A stretch of 64,000 nt of DNA from Octopus vulgaris (taxonomy: Eukaryota), in assembly GCA_951406725.2 (NCBI GenBank), contig OX597839.1, positions 17,856,001-17,920,000 on the forward strand, written 5' to 3'. The stretch's first letter is position 1. Each line of letters starts with the position of its first letter. Below, piece after piece: positions 52,417 to 64,000 of this stretch. The notes under the pieces were generated by a model, which did not search any database, was not told the DNA's origin, and saw only the letters and a list, made by a program, of their open reading frames with translations. Position numbers and translations under genes: made by a program.

Positions 52417-53228
52417 CATCATCATCATTGTTTAACATTCGCTCTCCATGCTAGCATGGGTTGGACGATTTGACTGAGGGCTGACGAACCAAATGGCTGC
52501 ACCAGATAGCTGCACCAGGCTCCAATCTTGATCTGACAGAGTTTCTACAGCTGGATGCCCTTCCTAGTGCCAACCACTCCGAGAGTGTAGTAGGTGCTTT
52601 TACAAGACACCGGCACGAGGGCCAATCAGACAGTACTGGCAATGACCTTGCTTGAATCTTTTTACACATGCCACCAGCACAGGTGCCAGTAAGGTGATGC
52701 TGGTAACGATTATGCTCAAGTGGTGCCTTTTCATGCCACCGGCACAGAAGTCAGTTAGCCACTTTGGCAATGATCACACTCGGATGGTGCTCTTAGCACC
52801 CTACTAGCATGGGGCACAAGTGCCAGTAAGGTGACGCTGGTAACGATCACACTCGAATGGTGCCTTTTATGTGCCACTGGCATAGAAGCCGGTTAGCCGC
52901 TCTGTTAACGATCACCCTCATATGGTGCTCTTTGCACCCAGCTAGCACGGATGTCAGTCATCGAATTTGATTTTGATTTCACTTGCCTCAACAGGTCTTT
53001 GCAAGCAGAGTTTAGTGTCCAAAGAAGGAAACTGTATGCATAAGTGGGCTGGTTACGCCCCTGGCATAAGCCATGAGGTTATGGTCTCATTTGGTTTGCC
53101 GGCTCTTCTCAAGCACAGCATATTTCCAAAAGTCTCAGTCACTTGTCATTTCCTTGGTGAGGCCTAAAGTTCGAAGGTCGTGCTTCACCACTTCATCCCA
53201 GGTCTTCCTGAGTCTACCTCTTCCACAG
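52417..53228 (-). mobile_element. RTE LINE 3' portion (ORF end GRLRKTWDEVVKHDLR, repeat-rich 3'UTR)
   Basis: Homologous to 33530-34250 but with a different 3'UTR repeat unit; a similar copy lies at 55772-56175. Confidence 0.85.
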
Positions 53229-53998
53229 ATTTGTAAATAATTCCAAATAAAATTTAATCATAAAAATATGATAAGAATCTTTCTAAACATCAAATGGCTC
53301 TAGGCGGAATGGGGGTCCACCTGAGTGAAACAGGAACTAAAGGGATCCATAGGAAAAAATGCTTGTGAACCACTGAGGGAGAATATGGATGGATAGTCTG
53401 TGAAGCACGAGTCTGTCACTGATGCAACTCAGTTTTTAGCTGAAATGGACTGAAATACAATCGGAAATGAAGTACTTTTTCTAAAGGATACAACATACAG
53501 CCCAGTCTCAGAAGTGAACCTAAAACCTCATATTCATTGTCTAATCACTAAACCAACCACAGAGAAAAGGAAGATGAAGATGAAAGTGACCAAGGAAAGA
53601 AGAAAGAGGAGGTTGCAAAGAATGACTCTGTTGTTAAAGGTAATTAACTGTGTAATTAGGCTCTGCAACAGTAAAATAAGTGACAAGACCAGGTTGAAAT
53701 ATTGTGATCTCTCAAAGTCTCCTTAGCTCGAGGAATTGAGTGTGCTGTGAACAGACATTATCTGAAGGGAGATGTCATTCTCCATCTCCAAAGTCATACT
53801 TGAATCTGTCAGAACATATTAACCTTTAGCACACATTAGGTGCGTCATGGCACTGTATGAGTTTTCCCCCTTCTAGCTGCAGGTGCATTGTGTCACATTG
53901 AGACAGAGAATACTCGTACAATGACATGATGTGTCTACAGTCTGCTAAAAGATAAAAATGAATATGTGCATCATTGGTTTGCTTCTCACTGTTTTCTG

Positions 53999-55036
53999 TG
54001 CCATTGATTTCATGTGATAACAATGAAATTATCAAATCTTTCGCTTAAAAATGTTGGTAATCTGCCTCCATTTTGGGTAAGGCTATGTGAGATTACACGA
54101 AACATAACAAGACTTCAGTGTTAGGTAGTATGATTTATTCTTAGTTTGGCAGACACCAGCAGGCATTAGAAATTATTTGTTTGTTGATTTCTATAAACAA
54201 GAGCCATAACTGTTGTTTAGCTTCATTGATTTGAGGGTAGCTTTAACTGAAGAGATACAGGCAGGTTGAAACACCCCTTCCTTTCATAAGTCAAGTGTGT
54301 TGTAGATATACATTGCCTGGAAGCCATGCTCCAAAAATGAAATACAACAGAAATCAGTGTATTTACATTCAAATGGGTGAAGCCTATTAAAAATGAACAT
54401 GTATATCATTCTTTTCCTTTTTGCTCTTCCCCATTTTGCAGCCATGTGGTTTTGGGTTCAATCCCACTGAGTGGCACTTCGAGCATGTGTTTTCTACAAT
54501 AGCCTTGGGTCAACAAATATATTGTGAGTGAATTCGATTGACACAAACTGCATAGAAGTGTATGTGCATGTGTATGTGTTTGTCCCACCACCACCACCTC
54601 CACCAGAAAACCAGTGTTGGTTTGTTTGTGTCCTTGTAATTTAAGAGTTTAGTGAAAAGGTGTCGATAGAATAAGTACAAGACTTTAGAAAACAAAAAGA
54701 TATATAAGATTTTGGTATGGACAATTTAAAGTGAGATATCTTATATCATTTGACTTCAGAAAGTGCCAGACTAATTGTCACCAAAAGAGTTAAACATGTG
54801 TTCAAGTTCGTACAAGCTTTCTTTTTACACATTTTTCCTAAAAAAAAGAAAACACATTTTGAATGCATAATTTACGCAATCAACTTCCATTTCTATGCAA
54901 AGGGAATTCTTTTCTCATTAGCAAATGATGATAATAGTTACTTTCTGTCAACCACTCACCCTGAAGAATATTCTGTTATTTTTCTAAATTAAACATAACA
55001 CTTGAAGAAAACTGCAAATCACTATAAAATTCTCTC

Positions 55037-55093
<57 letters not shown>

Positions 55094-55201
55094 ACTCTCT
55101 CTTCAAACACATCAGCACACAGATACGTGTGTGTGTGTATATATTCATATACATGCATGCATATGCATATATATATGTGTGTGTATGTATATATATATAA
55201 A

Positions 55202-55250
<49 letters not shown>

Positions 55251-55260
55251 ATATATATAC

Positions 55261-55292
<32 letters not shown>

Positions 55293-56615
55293 TCAGAGAT
55301 GTGTGTGTGTGTAAGCATGTGTGCAAATATGTATGTATCTTTGTATGTTCTTTTTTTCTTTTTAATTTGGAGATAATTTTCATCATCTGCTTGCTTGGTT
55401 GCAAGGTTGCAAAGGAAAGTATCTTCTTTTATGTATCAGCCATTAAATCTTTAGAAGGTCTTGCAGATTTTTATTGTTCCAGTTATCACTATCATTTGTA
55501 GCACGTGAATTAAGAAGTTGCATTCTGTCACAAACACCCTAAATTCAGCCATATCAATAGTATGTATGTTTGTATGTATATATAGGTATGTTAGGTTTTT
55601 CGCTTGTTTGTTTTGGACGCAATCTGTTCAGAAAATAATTTGAGATCCACCCCTCCGCAGCTTTGCGTCTATGATGTTTATATCATCACATCCCTCCCAT
55701 ACTCATTTCAGGTATAGGTCCTCTGTTGACATCACATAAAATACTTAACACATTTCTAAGGTGTATACTAATCATCATCATCATTTAATGTCTGTTTTCC
55801 ATGTTAGCATGGGTTGGGCGATTTTGACTAAGGGCTGGCAACCAGATGGCTGCACCAGGCTCGTCTTGATCTGGCAGAGTTTCTACAGCTGGATGCCATT
55901 CCTAATGCCAACCACTCCGAGAGTGTAGTGGGTGCTTTTTACGTGCCACTTGCACGGGGGCCTGTCAGGCGGTACTGGCAATGACCTCACTCGAATCTTT
56001 TTACACGTGCCACCAGCACAGGTGCCAGTGAAGCGACATTGGTAACGATCACGCTCGAATGGTGCCCTTTTACGTGCCACGGGTACAGAAGTCAGTTGGC
56101 TGCTCTAGCAACGATCATGCTCGGATGGTGCTCTTGGCACCCTACTAGCATAGGCACAAGTGCCAGTAACGATCATAAGTTAGAAATCTTTTACAACTGA
56201 CACAGAAATGATGGAAACAGTGGGCTCTCTCAGTGTGGAAGATCTCATTAAGTACTGTATATGGTGGGTTTATCTTGTCATCAATATTGATTTCAGCTTT
56301 CAAAATTGATTACTTTATGGAGACATAGTTCTTGAAAATTGTCCCCAACACAAGACAAGATAAAGATATAATGATATCATACAAAAAAAAAATAAAATAA
56401 ACTTACATCCTTGAACATCAACATAATTCATTATTTAATGAAAACTGTATATTAGTTATCAGTGTGTCTTATATTGCATTTCATACTACCTAACACTGAA
56501 GTCTTGTTATGTTTCGTGTAATCTCAAATAGCCTTACCCAAAATGGAGGCAGATTACCAACATTTTTAAGCGAAAGATTTGATGATTTCATTGTTATCAC
56601 ATGAAACCAATGGCA
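53999..56615. repeat. Long-range inverted repeat pair (53999-54133 / 56481-56615)
   Basis: 135-bp arms with 3 mismatches and a 2.35-kb spacer. Confidence 0.95.
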
Positions 56616-56717
56616 GCATGGTAAATCCACAAATAAAGAATAGCTTTATCCACCCAATGCAGTGTTAAATACTCAATCTTTGTTTGCCACAACCGTGTGT
56701 ATATATATATGTATATA

Positions 56718-57232
56718 TTCGGTTATCCCATAAATAATGCAATTGTTTTATACTTCTTTTATTTTTCAAAGTTCTTTTTTAATCTAAAATATACATGCCT
56801 TCATTTTCCACAATAGTCTTTCATCTATCTGGTAGACTTGCAAGGCCCCTCTTCCAAAATTCACTTGTCCATGATGAAAAATACTCCTGCAGTACTGTTA
56901 TGACCTCGTCTACAGAATTCATATTTTTTCCGTCCAAATGATTTTGAAGACTGCGGAATAAATGATAATCAGATGGAGCAATTCCTGGCAAGTATGGTGG
57001 GTGGGGCTTCATTTCCCAGTCAAACTGTTCCAGTCTTTGGAATGTCATCGTTGCTGTATATGTGGCCAAGCATTATCCTGATGGAAGAACACCTTTCATC
57101 TTGAAACCAAAGATGGTCGTTTTTCTTCTAGTGCTGGCTTAAGCTTCTCACAGTATATCTCCTTTGTTATTGTTTGGTTTGGGTTTAAAAGTTCAAAGGG
57201 GACTAAACCCACCAAACAGATAAACAACACTT
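56718..57232 (-). mobile_element. Mariner transposon 3' fragment (transposase C-terminus)
   Basis: FHQDNAWPH and PHPPYLPGIAPSDYHLFRSLQNHL (the YSPDLAPSD motif region); TIR TA|TTCGGTTATCCCAT. Confidence 0.9.
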
Positions 57233-59079
57233 CTTAACCACTAGGTGTGCGGCCTAGAGGCTGGGGAGTTGGACTCACGATCATGAGATTGTGGTTTCAA
57301 TTCCTAGATCAGGTGATATGTTGTGTTCTGTAACAAAACACTTCATCTTACATTGCTTTGCAATCACTTTGACACCTGGTGCATCTGTTCAGACAATTTC
57401 GATGTGATAGAGAGAATGAGCTAATATACAGCACATACGTTTGATCATTATAAAAAATCCTTTGCACAGGTCTTTCAACAGAAGCTGAGCACATACATGG
57501 TTGCATATAATGGATTTTATTTAGCTGAGTGGCTTTGCTATGCTGGTGATTGTTTATTCACTGTTTCCATATATATTGGTGATGATAGATTTTGATGAAG
57601 CATGTTGGCTCTGAGTACACATTGATAATACCCAACACAGCAGACATGTATCTAACATCTCTCTGATACATACAGTTCATTTTTTTCAAACAGTGCATCC
57701 ATAGGGGATATTATCTCTGGACCAATATGTAGCAAATTTTTCCTATTTGGGTGGTGTGGATTATATTATGCATGACGCATATATACATATTTCTTTACTA
57801 CCCACAAGGGGCTAAACATAGAGGGGACAAACAAGGACAGACAAACGGATTAAGTTGATTACATCGACCCCAGTGCATCACTGGTACTTAATTTATTGAC
57901 CCCGAAAGGATGAAAGGTAAAGTCGACCTTTGCAGAATTTGAACTCAGAACGTAACGGCAGACGAAATACCGCTAAGCATTTTGCCGGCGTGCTAACGTT
58001 TCTGCCAGTATATATGCATAATGCATATATACAAAATTGATTCTGTTGCAAGTGTGGCTGTGTGGTAAGAAGCTTGCTTCCCAAACCACATGTTTCCAGG
58101 TTCAGTCCCACTTTGTGGCACCTTTGGCAAGTGTTTTTTACTATAGCCCTGGTCTGACCAAACCCTTGTGAATGAATTTGATCAGCTCTGTAGATTTAGA
58201 AACTAAGAAAAGCCTGTCATATTATGTGCGTGTTTGTTCCCCACTTCCACTTGGCAACTAGTGTCAGTTTGTTTATGTCCCCATAATTTAGAGGACCAGC
58301 AAAAGAGACTAATAGAATAAGTATCTGGTTTACAAATTAAGTGCTGAGGTTAGTATGTTGAATTAAACCCTTCCAGGTGGTACCCCAGCATGGCCACAGT
58401 CCAATGACTGAAACAAGTAAAAGATAACGAACTGCCACCAAAACTGTTGAAGAACTTGAAGAACTTGTTGATGAAAAACATTCCTATATCTTCTGCGAGA
58501 AATTAAGTGAAATTTCTTGGTGCATGCATCATTTTCTGATAAACAAACTACCACAAATTGCAATCCTAATTTTGGATTTAAATCATACAACTGTCTCTCC
58601 ACCACTATATTGCTTCATCTGTTTACAGAGGAACTATTTCTACTAATTAAAAATAAAAAAAATTCTGGGAAATCACAATTGCTATCAGATGAAATTAAAT
58701 AACAATCTGTACAAAATATAAAAAAAAAAAATTGTATTTTATTCAATTTGCCAAAGCAAAAAATTTACACAAAATCAAGCATAATACCTATCAACATTGT
58801 ATTTCTAATTCCATTGCTAATAATTATTATATGAAAGTAGACAACATATTAGAAATGAAATAAACTCAAAAAGACAGAAAACTAACAAACTGAACATAGA
58901 TGACAAAAGTAAATCACTTTTGCTACAGATTCCATAGTTTACTCTCAATGACCACAAAACAAATTTCCAAACTCTATTTGTTTCATTAACCCTACCAAAA
59001 CTGACATTTGTAAAAATTAATGAAAACACATTAGTGAGAATAATTCCTATAATCAAATTAATTTTGCCATTTTTTCATA

Positions 59080-59451
59080 TCTTGGGAGGTTCATTATGCT
59101 AATAATAAATACATACACTGATTCTATTCACTTCTTTATTTTTCATTTATCATTTTGATTAAATATTTAATTATTTAACCAATTAACTCATCAATTGTTT
59201 GATGGGTCATTTATTCAATTAATCGATCAATGAGGTTTATCAATGTCTTTTCATTGCTATCCATGACTTGATCGATGATGTTTTCTCTACTCCAGGTCTG
59301 ATTCAGGTCTCTGAATTATTGATTGAGTTAATGAGTAATTAATTTAATTGATTAATTAACTGGTTAAAGATTCAAGCAAATAGCAAAAAAAGCAGTGAAA
59401 TAGAACCAGTGTGTGTGTGTGATTAATATTGGCATTATGAACCTCCCAAGA
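59080..59451. repeat. AT-rich foldback / MITE-like element
   Basis: Imperfect TIRs of about 55 bp (59080-59132 / 59394-59451: TCTTGGGAGGTTCAT...ATGAACCTCCCAAGA). Confidence 0.7.
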
Positions 59452-59606
59452 CAATAAAATATGTTTCAGCATGTAAGTTCACATCAGAAGTTTTGCAAAC
59501 CAAATACAAAATGAAACGTTTCATCATTACCTCTGTCAAATAACACACAAAACATGATAGGGTTGTTTAGAAACATTCGCAGAAAAAAGAAAGAAAAATA
59601 AGCAAT

Positions 59607-59993
59607 AGGTGCAGGAGTGGCTGTGTGGTAAGTAGCTTGCTTACCAACCACATGGTTCTGGGTTCAGTCCCACTGCGTGGCACCTTGGGCAAGTGTCTTC
59701 TTATAGCCTCAGGCTGACAAAAGTCTTGTGAGTGGATTTGGTAGACGGAAACTGAAAGAAGCCCGTCGTATATATGTACATGTGTGTGTGTGTCTGTGTT
59801 TGTCCCCCCAACATCGCTTGACAACTGATGCTGGTGTGTTTACATCCCTGTAACTTAGCGGTTCAGCAAAAGAGACCGATAGAATAAGTACTAGGCTTAC
59901 AAAGAATAAGTCCTGGGGTCGATTTGCTCGACTAAAGGCGGTGCTCCAGCATGGCCACAGCCAAATGACTGAAACAAGTAAAAGAGTAAAGAG
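59607..59993 (+). mobile_element. Full-length SINE family A
   Basis: Near-identical to 2827-3243. Confidence 0.9.
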
Positions 59994-60432
59994 CAAATTG
60001 TTCATAATTGAACATCCAGGAATGCTATTCTTATATCTTCCAAACTCTTTACTTATGAATACTTTGAATTTGCAAGATCATTTACTCTGCTTATGAATAC
60101 AAATATGACAGAAATTCTAATGCTCTCCTTCAGTAATGTTTTTTGGATTAAAAAGTATTGAAAATCCTTTTTGCTGAGATTAGGGATTTGGTGAGATTAT
60201 CTTTTATCTATTCTGTTTTACTTGTTTCAGTCATTGGACTGCTGCCATACTGGGGCATTACCTTGAAGGGTTTTTTGTTGAAAAAAATCAACACAAGCAC
60301 CTTTTTTTTCAAAGTTTGGTATATTTTGTGTTAGTCTCTTTTACCAAACTGCTAAGTTACAGAGATGTAAACAAACCAACACCAATTGTCAGGCAATGGA
60401 AGCAGGGAAAAAAACACAGACGTGTATGTATT

Positions 60433-60480
<48 letters not shown>

Positions 60481-60648
60481 TTGATAGATAGATAATGATT
60501 CTGTATTTTGGTACCAAGGGACACAACTCTTAACTCAATCTTCTGCTTGAGATTCGTTTCATCTTTTTCACAGCAACCACAAACCATATGTATTTATGTA
60601 CCTCCATCAATAGAGAGCGGTCATTATATTTCATTCCATAACAGAGCT

Positions 60649-60730
60649 ACCTCTGATGAGTGCAGGTTACATAATCAAATTGTTACCTAACACTCCATTG
60701 AACCCCTAGTGTGAAACCAATTGGTAAGGT
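60649..60730 (+). ncRNA. Type I hammerhead ribozyme with palindromic stem III
   Basis: ACCT CTGATGA GTGCAGG...CCTAGTGT GAAA CCAATTGG TA AGGT. GUA cleavage is predicted after 60726; stem II is wobble-rich. Confidence 0.75.
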
Positions 60731-61087
60731 CAATCGTAACGGATATATAATACTGTACACTTTGATTAATGTAGATATTAATATTGATGTGGGTGTATGT
60801 ATATGTGTGTGTAACTTCATCTGGCCAGCACATGATTGTTGTAAATGAGCATCATCATCATACAAGTGTGGTTGTTTTCCCTTGAAAATGTTTCTAGCTC
60901 TGGGAAAATATTACTTCTATGTGGAAACGGGTGAAGGTTGGTGACAGGATAGGCATCGGGTCATGGAAATTCTGCTTCAAGAAATTTCATCTGATCCATG
61001 TAAGCATGGAAAAGTGGACATAAAACGATGATGATGATGATTCCATATTCCATGTTGAAATCAGTTCCACAATTTCCCATTACTTAC

Positions 61088-61339
61088 CGTAACCTTGGTT
61101 GTTGTTGTTCTTCTTCTACTTCTTGTTCATCTTCAGACAATATGGTAAACTAAAACTTTAAATATGATCATCATTTACATTTGCCATACTAACGAGGAAG
61201 CATAAAGTTTCACAAAAACAAAAAAAAAAATTAATTCATTTAATGTCACAGATTGATGTTTCGGTACATGAAACATGTGTGTCGTGGTTTCTCTTTCTCC
61301 TTTCCTACCTCTCGCCGCGTTCTCTTTCTGATATCGTAG
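61088..61339 (-). CDS. Candidate pair of short exons (61339-61309 and 61149-61088)
   Basis: Strong acceptor ttttgttttattttcaaag, with donors GAG|gtagga and ACG|gtaagt. One frame is open across the junction: YDIRKRTRRE-FTILSEDEQEVEEEQQQPRL. Confidence 0.35.
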
Positions 61340-61487
61340 CTTTGAAAATAAAACAAAATAGAAAATGAAGTTTAAAATAAAACAAAATAATAATAATTAT
61401 TATTATTGTGGTTGTGTGTGTGTGTATTAATTTGTTACATTAATAATAATAATGATAATAATAACAATATTTTATTATGATCATTGC

Positions 61488-61527
<40 letters not shown>

Positions 61528-62797
61528 TTTATTATCTCAAATTAACACACATTCACATAATACATAACATGACACACTGAGAGAAGTGATGAAACAACTT
61601 TTCTTTGGAAAATTTACATTTCTGAATTAGTATGCATATGAGAGAGTCAATATGTATGTATATGTGTGCCTGTAGTATATATATATATAATTGTGTGTAT
61701 ATGTATGTATATATGTGTGTAGATATACATATTCATATATTTGTACATCTACCAATATATACACACACACACATATATAGACCAATATATATATACCTAT
61801 ATATATATATATACACACACATATATGATATATCTGTGTATATACACATATGTACATGCACACACACTCACACATATATATAGAGAGACCAATATATATA
61901 CACCTATATATATACACACATATATGATATATATGTGTACATACACATATGTACATGCACACACACTCATACACACACATAGCACACATACAACACACAC
62001 ACCATACGCATACATGCACACAGAACAACAACAACAGCATACAACACACGTGTAATAAGCAAGTTGCTGAATCTTACCATTTTCAAGCACCTGGTGAACT
62101 AAAAACCGAAAACCTCATGTTTCACATGAGGTTCTTAATTATATACTTGAGCAAAGACAGTTTTGTATATATGCATTAGTACTTTGATTGTGTGGCAAAC
62201 AATACTCTATTGTTCCTCTGCATTGTTATGGCTTAATTAAATCATTGTTCTCATTCTGTGTTTTAATGCCTTACCATGAGAAAACTGCAACAACCTACGC
62301 TAAAGCTAATATTTATTGTTACGTTATTATGACACCAACTAACAACAAAACTTGAGCAGATTTTCCAAGGCATTAGAAAAAAAAATTATAGGATAGATGT
62401 ACGTGTGTACACACATACAGAGAGGCACATGCATGCATATACTTAAACATACACACACACGCGCATGCACAAATACACTCGTGCACAAATAACATAGACA
62501 CACACACTAATACGCATTCATAGGCACATACACACACCAGAGACACACACAACACTCACTAACACATCCAACATACACACACACACATACATGCAAATAA
62601 TACATGCACACACATTTACAAATCAAATAGTGTGGTGTTCATGGTGGAGGTGGAAGGATTGGTGGATAAAAAAATGTGCAAATTTATCATTGAATGATTA
62701 GGAATGTTGTATGTTGAATTATTTTCTTACCTTTTTCAAAATTACCAAATAAAGGATTGTGAAAGGGAATCTTTACTTCATAGCTAGTCAATATAAT

Positions 62798-62836
62798 ACA
62801 TACATACATACATACATACATACATACATACATACA

Positions 62837-62868
<32 letters not shown>

Positions 62869-63080
62869 CACATATATGCATATATGTATATATCTATGTG
62901 TGTGCATGTGCATGTGTATGTATGTATATACATATATATATTTATTTGTATATATGTATATATATATTTGTATATATATATATGTATATTTGTATATATA
63001 TATATGTATATATATATGTATGTATGTAGGTGTATATATAAATATATATAGATAGATATATATTTATTTGTATATATATA

Positions 63081-63145
<65 letters not shown>

Positions 63146-63242
63146 TACATATTCATTTGTGTGTGTATATGTATGTATATATTTATATATATATATATAT
63201 ATATACACTACATATTCATTTGTGTGTGTATATGTATGTATA

Positions 63243-63277
<35 letters not shown>

Positions 63278-63322
63278 TACATATTCATTTGTGTGTGTAT
63301 ATGTATGTATATATATATATAT
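62798..63322. repeat. (TACA)n, (TA)n and three tandem units of about 65 bp (ctacatattcatttgtgtgtgtatatgtatg)
   Basis: Seen directly. Confidence 0.9.
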
Positions 63323-63843
63323 TTAAAGCCATATGTTTATTTTACATTTATTTCGTTCATTGCCATCCTCATGCACACGCTTTACATGGCTCACCCTATA
63401 TGTTTCATCATCCAATAATAAGTTAGTTATTAATTAAGTTTAAAACTAAGTCTCATTAAATGAAAAATAAAAATTAAAAAAAATCTGAATATAAATTTCT
63501 GTTTATTAGAGGACTTTTGAATATTACCTGCTTTCGAAAAAAGCAAAATGTTTTCATTTTTTCTCTAATTATATTATGGCAAAATCATTTAATACAACAA
63601 CAACAACAGTAATGATAATAATAATCCTCTCTACTAAAGGCACAAGGCCTGAAATTTGGTGGGAGAGGACTAGTTGATTACATCGACCCCAGTATGCAAC
63701 TGGTACTTAATTTATTAATCCTCAAAGGATGAAAGGTAAAATTGACTTTGGTGGAATTTGAACTCAGAATGTAACCATGGGCAAAATACTGCTAAGCATT
63801 TCGTCCAGCATGCTAAAAATTCTGCCAGCTCTCTGCCGAAATG

Positions 63844-63890
<47 letters not shown>

Positions 63891-64000
63891 CCTTTCTACT
63901 ATAGGCACAAGGCCTGAAAGTTGAAGGAAAAGGGACTAGTTGATTACATTGACCCCAGTATTTCACTGGTACTTAATTTATTGACCACTTTAATAATAAT

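Noticed and set aside
57585-57655. TTGATGA, TGTTGG/CCAACA stem, AGACATGTA
   Set aside because: GAAA is missing and stem I is out of register; too decayed to call.
58430-58645. Open stretch TKTVEELEELVDEKHSY
   Set aside because: No splice signals or recognisable domain, and it abuts a SINE tail.

Overview
This is AT-rich, microsatellite-saturated animal genomic DNA, intronic or intergenic. The repeat families (tRNA-headed SINEs with internal (TA)n/(TG)n tracts, RTE LINEs with (GAT)n tails, mariner, non-autonomous Helitrons) point to an octopus or other coleoid cephalopod; this is an inference, not a database result. Nearly all ORFs in the supplied track are microsatellite or SINE artefacts. 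Recognisable elements are: a 5'-truncated RTE LINE (32408-34250) with a PHD-type zinc finger inside its RT, nested in a decayed mariner; CR1-, R4- and RTE-type fragments; a Gypsy-type solo LTR with a 4-bp TSD; two non-autonomous Helitrons; TTAA-flanked MITEs; and several SINE families. Host-gene signal is limited to one good + strand exon candidate (27268-27459) and a possible - strand micro-exon chain near 61-63 kb. The most striking hidden layer is about ten minimal type I hammerhead-ribozyme motifs from at least seven unrelated short repeat families with Penelope-like (PLE) features. They include a head-to-head ribozyme palindrome (26488-26622) and a tRNA-headed SINE-like element with a hammerhead tail (52196-52416). 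Two long-range inverted duplications of otherwise non-repeated sequence (34.9/37.9 kb and 54.0/56.5 kb) also stand out.
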